From an uncultured bacterium (lineage in GTDB: Bacteria; Patescibacteriota; Microgenomatia; Levybacterales; UBA12049), in contig CAWGXL010000001.1 in NCBI GenBank assembly GCA_963826535.1, positions 14,336 through 78,335 of the forward strand: 64,000 nt of DNA, read 5' to 3'. The notes under the pieces are model-generated. The model was not told the origin of the DNA. It worked only from the letters and a program-made list of their open reading frames with translations, and made no database searches. Below, piece by piece: positions 47,991-57,550 of this stretch (position 1 is the stretch's first letter; each line of letters begins with the position of its first letter). Made by a program: the position numbers and the translations under genes.

Positions 47991-50900
47991 ATGAAAAAAC
48001 ATACTGAATCTAAAGCTTCACCAAACATTTTAGTACTGATGAAAATTTGGTTAATCGGGGTTCTTTGTGCTGAGTCGTTTTATTTTTCTCAAATTGTCGC
48101 ATCTAAAGTATACGGATATATAAATCTTAGCCCTCATAAGACCTATCTTTTGATATCTACTGTCTTATATTTAATATTTGTTTTGATTTATATTTTTTAT
48201 CGAAATTCTGGTGCCGACTTTCTGAAAATTGTAAAAAGTAAACGCATTGATTTAGCGATGATTTTCATCACTGGAATTGTAACGAGTATATTCTTAGGCG
48301 GAATCGGCAAGCCTCTCTACCAAGCTGTTGTGTCTACACTTACCATCCATCAACTTTTGATTTTAGTAGTTTTACCCTTATTCATAATTCTTACAGTTTG
48401 GATTAGAGCTATACAGGTGTGGCTAATTTCGAGAAAAAAAGATAATGCCCCTTTTTTTCTATCTGATAGTGAAAAAGTATCTAAAGATGAAGATTTACTC
48501 GACCTTGCTGAATCATCGGAGAGATTTGCCGAAAGAATTTTTAATCAGGGATCATCAGAAAGTCTAGTTTTTGGTGTAGATGGCCCTTGGGGGGTTGGCA
48601 AAACGACATTTATAAATTTTTGCAAGAATTATTGGGAAGAAAAATATAAAGATCAAGTTCTTGTATACATTTTTAATCCTCTGAAGTATGAAAATAGAGA
48701 AAATTTATTAGAAAAGTTTATTGATGGTTTAACCAATACTATTCAGAAACAGACTTTTACGCCTGAAATAAAGCCTATCATATCAAGATACGCTCAATAT
48801 ATAAGAAGCATTAAAGGAAGTATTTTCGGATTCCTCAATATTGAATTACTTGGAGGTAGTTATACTGCAGATGATGCATTTAAAGACTTAGAGGTAGCCT
48901 TAACCAGTATTGATAAGAAGATTATCGTTATCGTCGATGATTTAGACAGGCTGAATTTATCCGCAGTTAAAGACTTATTGTTTACCATCAAAAAGAGCTT
49001 TACCTTACCAAATGTTTCTTATGTCCTTTGTTATGATGCAGAAAACATAAATGCACTTGAGGATAAAAAACCTGATTTAGAGAAAGTAACCGAGTTTCTT
49101 GAAAAATTTGTCAATGTTAAGGTTAGTCTTTATCTTAGGAGCGACAAGCTTAGTAATTACGTTACAGCTAATCTTGAAACATCACTTACTGGCAATTCAC
49201 AGGCTGACCCAATTTTAGTATCCAAGGCAATTGGAGGCCTAAAAGATATTTTTAATTCAAATGACTTCTATCAATATGTGAGCTTTATTGGAGATATTCG
49301 AAAAATAAAACGATTAATTAATACAGTTTTATTGTTGGATATAGAAAAAACTGATTTTGACAATAGTGATATTAATAATCAGGATTTAATTCATCTGCTT
49401 TTAATATATATCAATTACCCAAATATCTTCCGTAAAATCTATAACACGGAAACAGCAGGTAAAAAAGGGTTTTTTTCACTTGTTTCAATGTACGAAGATG
49501 GATATCCAAAGACTGATGGTAACAATCCGCACTTCAATGAAAGTGATTATAAGAATTCAGTTAAATATAGTGATTACATTAAAACAGTTTCGGATAATCA
49601 AAAATTTCTATTAAATAAAATTTTTGAGGTATCTCAACGCCTTGAAGTAATGAATGCAGGTAGTGTATCTGCTGAAGTAAGAGCCTCTCTAGCTTGCTTT
49701 AATGGAGATCTCTGGTCGGGTGGTGGAAGAAATTTAGAAGACTATCTCAATCTAATCGTTGAGTCATCAAAACCGCAGACAACAGGACAGTATAAATTCT
49801 ATCTAAACCAAAAGAACAGACTTATGGAAGGAGAGCTCATAGAAACAATACTCTCTAATGAAGCTTTCTCATACGAAAAAAATGAAAACAACCATAAACA
49901 ACTTTGGAAAATTATTGTTAATAGTGCTCATGATTTTAGTGCAGAAACAGGAAGTAAACTTATAAGCTATCTCTCGGATAACATAATCAAATATTCGATT
50001 TTAGAAGATGAGGAGATAGGATTGGGTTTACGGCATGATCTTAGTTTTTACATAGTGAAACTTCTTGATCAGGCTGGATGGGTTGATGAAAATGGTACAC
50101 ATAGAAGTAATTTTGATGAAAACTTGTCAGAAATTGTTGAATGGGTTTTTGGGGAGAAGAGACACAACAAAGCAGGAGTTATTCAAATATTATCACAGGA
50201 AGATAGAGGGATTCTTGGATTCTTTGATTTACTTTCCTTCCGTCTTTTCTGTAGTGCTGATCGAGGAGGAAATGTATTTAATCTAACTCGCGCATTAGCT
50301 AAAGATGGAAATCCAAATGCGCCTGTTGACGGAGCAACTAGAATTATAGCTATCGAAGAGATGCGAAAAATTTCTCAGAAGGTCTTTGAAGTATTCAAAA
50401 AAAGATACATAAATAAAAAAATAAATATATTTGATATTATTGACGAGCTAAGCTTGGTAGATTTAACCAGTAAGTACCACAAATTCACTAAAAGTAAAAT
50501 TAAATCTGGTGAACTCAAAGAACCGGATGAGAGACTAAGGGAGCTAAGATCAAGAATTAAGTTGTTCACAATTTATCAGCTAGGTAGTGCCTCTATCGAT
50601 CACGGTATCCCGTGTGGTTATTATGATGCTTCAGGAAGTGAGGATAAAAAAGAAATATATAATGAAATGAATGACTATTTGTTTAACATCTGTTTCTACC
50701 CAGGTAAAAAGAAAGACAATCTAAAAAATTATGAACATTTCTTAGATTACCTACTAATGAATTTTGTTAGTGTTTTCGAACCTGTTAAAGGACGAAACTA
50801 CATAGCAAACATTAATCAGTTCACTAAGGTACTTGATAAAGAAAGACTCCGTAAATACTGGAATGATAATGAAAGTGTAATTAAAAAGCTTAATCTCACA

Positions 50901-51065
50901 ATGAGTGATAAATCTGTTCTAACAGGAAATTATAAAGCCTTTTACTCTAAAGACCTTGAAGACGTGTACAAGGCTCTTGATGAACTTACTTTATCAACCG
51001 AATCACCACCAGCCGAAGGAGTTACCTCAACAGAGGAAGTAACTGAAGAGAAGAAGGTGTCATAA
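47991..51065 (+). CDS. KAP-family P-loop NTPase with N-terminal 4-TM anchor
   Basis: Walker A in KAP form FGVDGPWGVGKTTF, Walker B IVIVDDLDR, four N-terminal hydrophobic helices; 1024 aa. Confidence 0.7.
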   Translation: MKKHTESKASPNILVLMKIWLIGVLCAESFYFSQIVASKVYGYINLSPHKTYLLISTVLYLIFVLIYIFYRNSGADFLKIVKSKRIDLAMIFITGIVTSIFLGGIGKPLYQAVVSTLTIHQLLILVVLPLFIILTVWIRAIQVWLISRKKDNAPFFLSDSEKVSKDEDLLDLAESSERFAERIFNQGSSESLVFGVDGPWGVGKTTFINFCKNYWEEKYKDQVLVYIFNPLKYENRENLLEKFIDGLTNTIQKQTFTPEIKPIISRYAQYIRSIKGSIFGFLNIELLGGSYTADDAFKDLEVALTSIDKKIIVIVDDLDRLNLSAVKDLLFTIKKSFTLPNVSYVLCYDAENINALEDKKPDLEKVTEFLEKFVNVKVSLYLRSDKLSNYVTANLETSLTGNSQADPILVSKAIGGLKDIFNSNDFYQYVSFIGDIRKIKRLINTVLLLDIEKTDFDNSDINNQDLIHLLLIYINYPNIFRKIYNTETAGKKGFFSLVSMYEDGYPKTDGNNPHFNESDYKNSVKYSDYIKTVSDNQKFLLNKIFEVSQRLEVMNAGSVSAEVRASLACFNGDLWSGGGRNLEDYLNLIVESSKPQTTGQYKFYLNQKNRLMEGELIETILSNEAFSYEKNENNHKQLWKIIVNSAHDFSAETGSKLISYLSDNIIKYSILEDEEIGLGLRHDLSFYIVKLLDQAGWVDENGTHRSNFDENLSEIVEWVFGEKRHNKAGVIQILSQEDRGILGFFDLLSFRLFCSADRGGNVFNLTRALAKDGNPNAPVDGATRIIAIEEMRKISQKVFEVFKKRYINKKINIFDIIDELSLVDLTSKYHKFTKSKIKSGELKEPDERLRELRSRIKLFTIYQLGSASIDHGIPCGYYDASGSEDKKEIYNEMNDYLFNICFYPGKKKDNLKNYEHFLDYLLMNFVSVFEPVKGRNYIANINQFTKVLDKERLRKYWNDNESVIKKLNLTMSDKSVLTGNYKAFYSKDLEDVYKALDELTLSTESPPAEGVTSTEEVTEEKKVS

Positions 51066-51155
51066 GAAATAAAAGCCTTATTTTCTCTCTGTTAAATTAG
51101 ATAAAATAGTTACATCAAAAAATTAAGCTACTTTTAAGCACTTCAGCTATAATAT

Positions 51156-51842
51156 GTGACTATGCGCGTCCTAGTAGTGGAAGATGAACATAAAATTGCC
51201 AACGCCATTAAAAAAGGTTTACATCGTGAATCTTATGCAGTTGATATAGTGCATGATGGAATTGAGGGTTACGATTTAGCCTCATCTGAACAATTTGATG
51301 TTATCGTCTTGGACATAATGCTTCCTGGATTGGATGGCATAGAAATCTGCATGAAGCTTCGTGAACAGCAAATTCATACACCAATCCTAATGCTTACAGC
51401 AAAAAGTCAAATTGAGGATAAAGTAGTCGGATTTAATTCAGGGGCTGACGACTACTTAACGAAACCGTTTGCTTTTGCTGAGTTACTAGTGAGAATAAAA
51501 GCATTAACGCGCCGTCCGCAAAGTTCTATAGGAACAATATTATCTGTTGGAGACCTTGCTATAGATACCAACAACTATGAGGTTAAAAGAGCTGGGCAAA
51601 AAATTAGATTGTCCAATAAAGAATACTCACTACTTGAATATTTAGTACGACACAAAGATAAGGTAATAACAAAAGAACAAATAATTAATCACGTCTGGAA
51701 CTATGACTCTGATGTTTTACCTAATTCAGTAGAGGTGTATATCAAGCATTTAAGAACCAAAATTGATGAACCTTTTCCCGATAAGCATTTAATTCATACT
51801 GTAAAAGGATTTAGCGGGTATAAAATATCTGAAGAAGCCTAA
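51156..51842 (+). CDS. OmpR-family response regulator
   Basis: Receiver domain (VLVVEDE, DVIVLD phospho-Asp context, LTAK) + winged-helix C-terminus. Confidence 0.85.
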   Translation: MTMRVLVVEDEHKIANAIKKGLHRESYAVDIVHDGIEGYDLASSEQFDVIVLDIMLPGLDGIEICMKLREQQIHTPILMLTAKSQIEDKVVGFNSGADDYLTKPFAFAELLVRIKALTRRPQSSIGTILSVGDLAIDTNNYEVKRAGQKIRLSNKEYSLLEYLVRHKDKVITKEQIINHVWNYDSDVLPNSVEVYIKHLRTKIDEPFPDKHLIHTVKGFSGYKISEEA

Positions 51843-51845
51843 ACT

Positions 51846-52901
51846 ATGAATACTTTTCACTACGCCAGACTTAAATTAACAGCTTGGTATCTACTTATAA
51901 TTATGTCGCTCAGCATAATTTTTAGTGTATTAATTTTTAAGGCATGGACAATAGAAATAGATCGCTTTGAAAGAGCACAGAGATTTTTTATAGAAAGAAG
52001 GCTGCAAGAAGGATCGTTCCCAGTACCTCCTCCACCAGATGGAAGAAGAGTGCTTCTGTTTAATGGTGATCAAATGAACCCTGAACTTATTGCTGAAACC
52101 AAGCAAAGAATTTTATTGCTACTTATAGTAGCAAATGCTGGAATATTAGTAATAACAGGCGGTTTAGGTTATTTTCTTGCTGGAAGGACTTTGAAACCGA
52201 TAAAAGAAATGATAGATGAGCAAAACAGATTTATTACTGATGCTTCACATGAATTAAAAACTCCATTAACTGCATTGAGGAGTGAGTTTGAAGTAGCAAT
52301 ACTAGATGAAAAGAAATTACAACTTAAAGAAGCAAAACATTTGATTAAAAGTGGCTTTGAGGAGATTGTTAGCCTTCAAGTATTAGCAGAGAACCTGCTT
52401 GAACTTACACAACAACAAAAGAAACTAGGTTCATTAGAAATAGAAGAAGCTTCCTTATTAGAAGTTATGGAGGCAGCTCTTAAAAGAGTTGTTCCATTAG
52501 CAAGAAAAAGGCAAATTGCAATAAACAATCAAGTCGATGACATTGTTCTAGAAGGAGAAACCCAGAGCTTAACTGAATTATTTGTAATTCTTTTAGATAA
52601 CGCAATTAAATATAGTGATAAAAACTCTGAAGTAACTCTTAATTCAAGAAAAACCGATCATCATGTTGAAGTTGTAGTGAAAGATACAGGAATCGGAATT
52701 GATGAAAAAGATATTCCGCATATTTTTGATAGGTTTTATCGAGCTGACAAATCTCGTTCAAAAACACCAGGATACGGCTTGGGATTATCTATAGCTAAAA
52801 AAATCATTGAGACACATAAAGGCTCTATTTTCGTAGAAAGTAAAATAAATATAGGCACTAAATTCATAGTCAAACTTCCCACCAACACTTCCCGCACTTA
52901 A
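51846..52901 (+). CDS. Sensor histidine kinase (HisKA + HATPase_c), 2 TM
   Basis: H-box ASHELKTPLTAL, N/G boxes (LDNAIKYS, DTGIGI, GYGLGLSIAK). Confidence 0.85.
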   Translation: MNTFHYARLKLTAWYLLIIMSLSIIFSVLIFKAWTIEIDRFERAQRFFIERRLQEGSFPVPPPPDGRRVLLFNGDQMNPELIAETKQRILLLLIVANAGILVITGGLGYFLAGRTLKPIKEMIDEQNRFITDASHELKTPLTALRSEFEVAILDEKKLQLKEAKHLIKSGFEEIVSLQVLAENLLELTQQQKKLGSLEIEEASLLEVMEAALKRVVPLARKRQIAINNQVDDIVLEGETQSLTELFVILLDNAIKYSDKNSEVTLNSRKTDHHVEVVVKDTGIGIDEKDIPHIFDRFYRADKSRSKTPGYGLGLSIAKKIIETHKGSIFVESKINIGTKFIVKLPTNTSRT

Positions 52902-52949
52902 TATTTTAAGCCGTCTTTAAGTTCAGCTAGGTATTATTAGGCTGTCAAG

Positions 52950-53465
52950 ATGAAGGGAGGTGAGAATATGAATAAAAAACTACTTTTAGTTCTAGGGGCA
53001 ATAACAATTATTGGAGCAGGCGCTCTTGGTTCTAGTCAGGCGTTTGCACAAGAGTCAAATACTCAAGACCCCGTTAACTCTCTTGTACAGAAAATAGCCG
53101 ATAAATTTGGGCTAAACAAAGATGATGTACAAGCTATGTTCACCGAACATAAGAGTGAGATGAAAGCTAATATATCTGCACGTCAAGAAGATAGACTTTC
53201 AAATTTGGTTTCTGAAGGTAAAATAACAGAAGCTCAAAAAACTCTTATTATAAATAAGCAGAAAGAGTTGGCAGAAAAAAGAGCAGCAAATAAAAGCTCA
53301 CTGAAAGATTTGAGCCGTGAAGAAATTCGCTCAAAAATGGAAACAGAACGAGCTGAACTTGAGAAATGGGCAACAGATAATGGTATTGATAAAAAGTACC
53401 TTATGATGGGTTCAGGTCGTGGCTTTCATATGGAATTTAAACCTGGAATAAAACCTGGCAACTAA
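52950..53465 (+). CDS. Secreted coiled-coil protein
   Basis: Signal peptide then heptad-rich sequence; strong SD. Confidence 0.4.
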   Translation: MKGGENMNKKLLLVLGAITIIGAGALGSSQAFAQESNTQDPVNSLVQKIADKFGLNKDDVQAMFTEHKSEMKANISARQEDRLSNLVSEGKITEAQKTLIINKQKELAEKRAANKSSLKDLSREEIRSKMETERAELEKWATDNGIDKKYLMMGSGRGFHMEFKPGIKPGN

Positions 53466-53491
53466 GTTGTTTCAGTTAAGACCCAAAACAG

Positions 53492-53525
53492 CTTGCGGGA
53501 GACGTCCCGCAAGTTTTGTTTTTTA
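53492..53525 (+). terminator. Rho-independent terminator (cttgcggga-gacg-tcccgcaag + T-tract)
   Basis: Perfect 9-bp stem followed by ttttgtttttt. Confidence 0.75.
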
Positions 53526-53563
53526 AGCCACTTTTAAGCCCGACGATATAACATAGCAATTAT

Positions 53564-54907
53564 ATGAATATTGTAAAAACGGTTTTGGAAAAGCTTGTAC
53601 TTATAAAGAACTTATTTCTAAAACAATCTTTAATAAAAAAGATAATTATTGTAGCAATAATCGTTGCAATTGGGTGGTTTGGTGTCAAACCTGTCATTCT
53701 AGGAAGCCAACAACAGCAAGTTCAATATCAAACGGCTCTTGCAGAAAAGGGAACGCTCATCACTTCTGTTACAGCTTCAGGAACAGTTTCTTCAGGAAGT
53801 AGCGCAAGTATCACATCAAGCGCAACAGGAATAGTCCAAGAAGTTTATGTTGAAAATGGTGAAACAGTTTCAGAAGGTGACCCAATTGCACTAATTAAAT
53901 TAGACAAAAGTTCTCAGCAACAACAGACTCAAGCATGGGCTAGCTACTTATCGGCACAAAATACTCTTAATACTGCCAAGTCTAGAATTAACTCTTTACA
54001 ATCGGCACTTTTTACTGCCAATCAAAAATTTGTGAATGGTGCAGGAACAGAAAATCCAACAACAGATGATCCTACATATATTATCCAGCGAGCTGATTGG
54101 TTACAAGCAGAAGCAGATTATAATAATCAAGTAAATGTTATTAAACAGGCCGAAGCGGCTTTATCAAGCGCATGGCTATCTTATTCTCAACTCTCACCAA
54201 CGATTACAGCTCCTATGTCAGGAGTAGTAAATAATTTGAGTATCAGTCCTGGTCTTACTATTTCAGGAAGTAACTCGACTTCTACAACTGGGTCAAATAC
54301 TGATTCCAATACGGGAGCGTCACAAACAATTGGAACCATAACGCTTGAAGATGGCACACCTCAAGTAAGTGTTAACCTAACTGAAATAGATGTAATTAAA
54401 GTAAAACCTGGTCAAAAAGTAATTTTAACATTAGATGCACATCCAGACAAAACGTTTACAGGCAAGGTATCTGCAGTTAACACTAATGGATCAGTAAGCT
54501 CTGGAGTTACAACATATCCAACAACTATTACTTTTGATACAGCAGTAGACACTATTTATCCAAACATGGCTGTTAATGCCACAATTATTACAGATGTGAA
54601 GAGTAGTATTATCTTATTGCCCTCTGGTGCTGTCCAGACTATTGATGGTCAGTCAACTGTGCGAGTAATGAGAAATGGTCAAATAACCTCTGTACCTGTA
54701 GAAGTTGGTGATTCAAATGATACTCAAACTGAAATAGTTTCTGGAATTAATGAAGGAGACAATGTAGTTACTGGACAAACAGATGGCGGAACAACTCCTG
54801 GATCCGCTGGTGCAGCCACTTCACCATTTGGTAACACAAGAGGTGGATTTGGAGGCGCGGGCGCACCTGGCGGTGGTGGAGGTCAAATGTTTATACAAAG
54901 AAGATAA
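53564..54907 (+). CDS. HlyD/MacA-family periplasmic adaptor subunit
   Basis: N-terminal TM, coiled-coil hairpin region, beta-barrel/MP domains; Gly-rich C-terminus. Confidence 0.7.
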   Translation: MNIVKTVLEKLVLIKNLFLKQSLIKKIIIVAIIVAIGWFGVKPVILGSQQQQVQYQTALAEKGTLITSVTASGTVSSGSSASITSSATGIVQEVYVENGETVSEGDPIALIKLDKSSQQQQTQAWASYLSAQNTLNTAKSRINSLQSALFTANQKFVNGAGTENPTTDDPTYIIQRADWLQAEADYNNQVNVIKQAEAALSSAWLSYSQLSPTITAPMSGVVNNLSISPGLTISGSNSTSTTGSNTDSNTGASQTIGTITLEDGTPQVSVNLTEIDVIKVKPGQKVILTLDAHPDKTFTGKVSAVNTNGSVSSGVTTYPTTITFDTAVDTIYPNMAVNATIITDVKSSIILLPSGAVQTIDGQSTVRVMRNGQITSVPVEVGDSNDTQTEIVSGINEGDNVVTGQTDGGTTPGSAGAATSPFGNTRGGFGGAGAPGGGGGQMFIQRR

Positions 54908-54910
54908 TGT

Positions 54911-55633
54911 ATGTCAGCAATTATTCAGGCTCAAAATTTATCAAAGGTCTATAAAACTGGTGACTTAGAAACAGTAGCCTTATCAGACGTTTCCTTTGAG
55001 ATTAAGAAAGGTGAATTTGTAGCCATCATGGGACCATCAGGCTCTGGTAAATCTACTCTCATGCATATTATTGGAGCTTTGGATACTCCTACCTCTGGTA
55101 CATATACTCTTGACGGAGAAGAGGTGCAAAAGCTTTCCGATGATGAGTTATCAGATATTAGAAATAGAAAAATAGGATTTATTTTCCAAGCATTTAATTT
55201 ACTCCCCCGCACATCGGCTTTGAACAATGTCATGCTACCCATGCGTTATGCAGGTGTACCAAAAGAAGAGCGGCTTAAAAGAGCTGAGAAATACTTAAGA
55301 ATGGTTGGTTTGGGAGAAAGACTTACTCACGGATCTAATCAATTATCAGGTGGACAACAACAGCGTGTAGCGATTGCAAGAGGGCTTGCTATGAATCCAG
55401 CAATTTTATTGGCAGATGAACCCACGGGAAACATAGCTTCTGCCCAAGCAGAAGAAATTATGGAGATTTTTCAAAAAATAAATGCTGAAGGACATACTAT
55501 TGTGATGATTACTCATGAGCCTGATATAGCAAAACATGCAAAGAGGGTCATTCAAATTCGAGATGGAAGGATTGTCAGCGATTCTTCAAAACATATGCAA
55601 AGGAGGGTAAATGGACGCGGAAATAATAACTGA
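54911..55633 (+). CDS. ABC transporter ATP-binding protein (MacB/LolD/FtsE-like)
   Basis: Walker A GPSGSGKST, signature LSGGQQQRVAIARGL, Walker B LLADEPTG. Confidence 0.9.
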   Translation: MSAIIQAQNLSKVYKTGDLETVALSDVSFEIKKGEFVAIMGPSGSGKSTLMHIIGALDTPTSGTYTLDGEEVQKLSDDELSDIRNRKIGFIFQAFNLLPRTSALNNVMLPMRYAGVPKEERLKRAEKYLRMVGLGERLTHGSNQLSGGQQQRVAIARGLAMNPAILLADEPTGNIASAQAEEIMEIFQKINAEGHTIVMITHEPDIAKHAKRVIQIRDGRIVSDSSKHMQRRVNGRGNNN

Positions 55634-56831
55634 AGCAATCGGAACGTTAACCATAAATAAGCTGAGAACTGCTCTTGCTACTCTTGGAATTGTTATTGGA
55701 ATTGGAAGTGTTATTGCCTTAGTTTCGCTTGGACAAGCTAGTCAACAGGCAATCCAATCTCAGATCCAATCTTTAGGATCTAATCTTTTAACGGTTCAAC
55801 CATCTGGTCAAAGCCAAGGTGGAGTTCAGGGAGCTGCTGGTGGAGGTACTACATTAACATTAGAAGATGCAAATGCTATAAAAAATTCTTCTCAAATCAC
55901 TACCGTGCAGGAAGTTTCACCTGAATATTCAAGCAGGACTCAGATTACTACAGGAAGGACAAACACCAATACACAAGTAGTTGGAGTCACAGCAGCATAT
56001 GCAGATGTAAGAAACGTAACTGTTGAATCAGGAAATTTCATAACTGATTCTCAAGTAAATAGTATGGCAAAAGTTGCTGTTTTAGGACCCACAACTGTTG
56101 AAAATTTATTTGGAGTAAATGCAAATCCTATAGGGCAAACAGTGAGAATTAGCGGACAAACTTTTACTATCATTGGAATAACTGCATCAAGAGGTGGAAC
56201 TGGTTTTCAAAATCAAGATGACATGGTTTGGGTTCCTATTACAACAGCACAAAAACAGCTATTTGGCGCTTCTCATGTCACCTCTATTTCTGTAGAAGCA
56301 AAATCAGCTAATGTAATGGTTGATGCTCAAAATGAAGTTGGATATCTGCTTCTTTCAAGGCACAAACTAAAAAACCCAGAAGATAAGGATTTTTCAATAT
56401 TTAATCAGCAAGATTTATTAAATACAGTGAATCAAACTACAGGGACTTTTACAACTCTATTAGCTGGTGTGGCAGCAATCTCTCTTTTAGTTGGAGGGAT
56501 TGGGATTATGAACATCATGTTAGTGACTGTCACTGAGAGGACCAGGGAAATAGGTTTAAGAAAAGCACTTGGTGCAAAGAAAAAAACCATTATTACTCAG
56601 TTTCTTGTTGAGTCAATCATCTTAACTTTTGTAGGAGGAGTTATAGGGATAGGTGTAGGTATTCTTGCTTCATATCTTTATTCCTATTTTACAGGCTCCG
56701 TATTTGTTATTTCCCCAAATTCAGTGCTTTTAGCCTTTGTGGTATCGGCAGGAATAGGAATTTTATTTGGTTGGTATCCTGCAAGAAGAGCAGCTAATTT
56801 ACAGCCTATTGAGGCATTACGTTATGAATAA
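55611..56831 (+). CDS. ABC transporter permease, FtsX/MacB-type
   Basis: N-terminal TM, large periplasmic domain, C-terminal FtsX 3-TM bundle (TERTREIGLRKALGA). Confidence 0.85.
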   Translation: MDAEIITEAIGTLTINKLRTALATLGIVIGIGSVIALVSLGQASQQAIQSQIQSLGSNLLTVQPSGQSQGGVQGAAGGGTTLTLEDANAIKNSSQITTVQEVSPEYSSRTQITTGRTNTNTQVVGVTAAYADVRNVTVESGNFITDSQVNSMAKVAVLGPTTVENLFGVNANPIGQTVRISGQTFTIIGITASRGGTGFQNQDDMVWVPITTAQKQLFGASHVTSISVEAKSANVMVDAQNEVGYLLLSRHKLKNPEDKDFSIFNQQDLLNTVNQTTGTFTTLLAGVAAISLLVGGIGIMNIMLVTVTERTREIGLRKALGAKKKTIITQFLVESIILTFVGGVIGIGVGILASYLYSYFTGSVFVISPNSVLLAFVVSAGIGILFGWYPARRAANLQPIEALRYE

Positions 56832-56833
56832 CT

Positions 56834-57313
56834 TTGAAAGGAGGTGAAAATTATATGAAAAATCCAATGATAATGACCATTATTGTAGCTATAGTAGTGG
56901 GTTGTGCTGCTTTTTTTGGTGGCATGCAGTATCAGAAATCGCAAACAAGCGGTCCAATGCAGGGACAATTTAGAGGACCAAATGGAGGTGGACCACAAGG
57001 AGGATTTCAAGGTGGAAGCGGAAATAGACAGGGAATGACGCCTGTTAGTGGTGAAATAATCAGCCAAGACGATACAAGCATCACTGTTAAAATGCAGGAT
57101 GGAAGCTCTAAGATTGTTATTCTATCTGATGATACAAACATTAATAAATCTTCAGAAGGCTCTAAGACAGATTTAAAAACTGGTGAAACAGTAACAGCAT
57201 TTGGAACTTCAAATTCTGATGGAAGCATTACTGCTCAAAATGTTTCTATTGGTGGAAATATGATGTTTCGTGGAGGTCCTGGAGGTAACCCACAACCAAC
57301 TCAAAATAACTAA
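56834..57313 (+). CDS. Secreted Gly/Gln-rich protein with DUF5666-like beta domain
   Basis: TM/signal then GGPQGGFQGGSG low-complexity, then SGEIISQDDTSITVKMQDGSS beta-rich domain. Confidence 0.4.
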   Translation: MKGGENYMKNPMIMTIIVAIVVGCAAFFGGMQYQKSQTSGPMQGQFRGPNGGGPQGGFQGGSGNRQGMTPVSGEIISQDDTSITVKMQDGSSKIVILSDDTNINKSSEGSKTDLKTGETVTAFGTSNSDGSITAQNVSIGGNMMFRGGPGGNPQPTQNN

Positions 57314-57432
57314 ATGTTTATAGAGTTACACTGATAATGCCCTTCTTTCGCAGGAGGGCATATCGATTAAAAAGGAACTGCTACGCTATTAATCTGAAAT
57401 GCTTGATAAACTCTGTTAAAATATGAAGCGAA

Positions 57433-57465
57433 GGTGTTCGATTCTAGTCTGAGTCGGCTCACAAT
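57433..57465 (+). other. tRNA 3-prime-end-like fragment (ggtGTTCGATTCtagtctgagtCGGCTCACAAT), candidate att remnant
   Basis: T-loop-like GTTCGATTC plus 11/11 match to the tRNA-Lys acceptor end cggctcacaat; no matching 5-prime acceptor strand upstream, so not a complete tRNA. Confidence 0.45.
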
Positions 57466-57550
57466 CTTCGGTCTTCTACGAATTTCTTCGGATTTTTAAT
57501 ATAACTTCTTATAGTTGCTTCAATAGCACACTTAGCCAGGATTATATATA

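Noticed and set aside
57433-57465. An additional intact tRNA gene
   Set aside because: Only T-loop and 3-prime acceptor-like sequence is present. There is no complementary 5-prime acceptor strand, D-arm or anticodon arm upstream, so it is called a tRNA fragment/att remnant.
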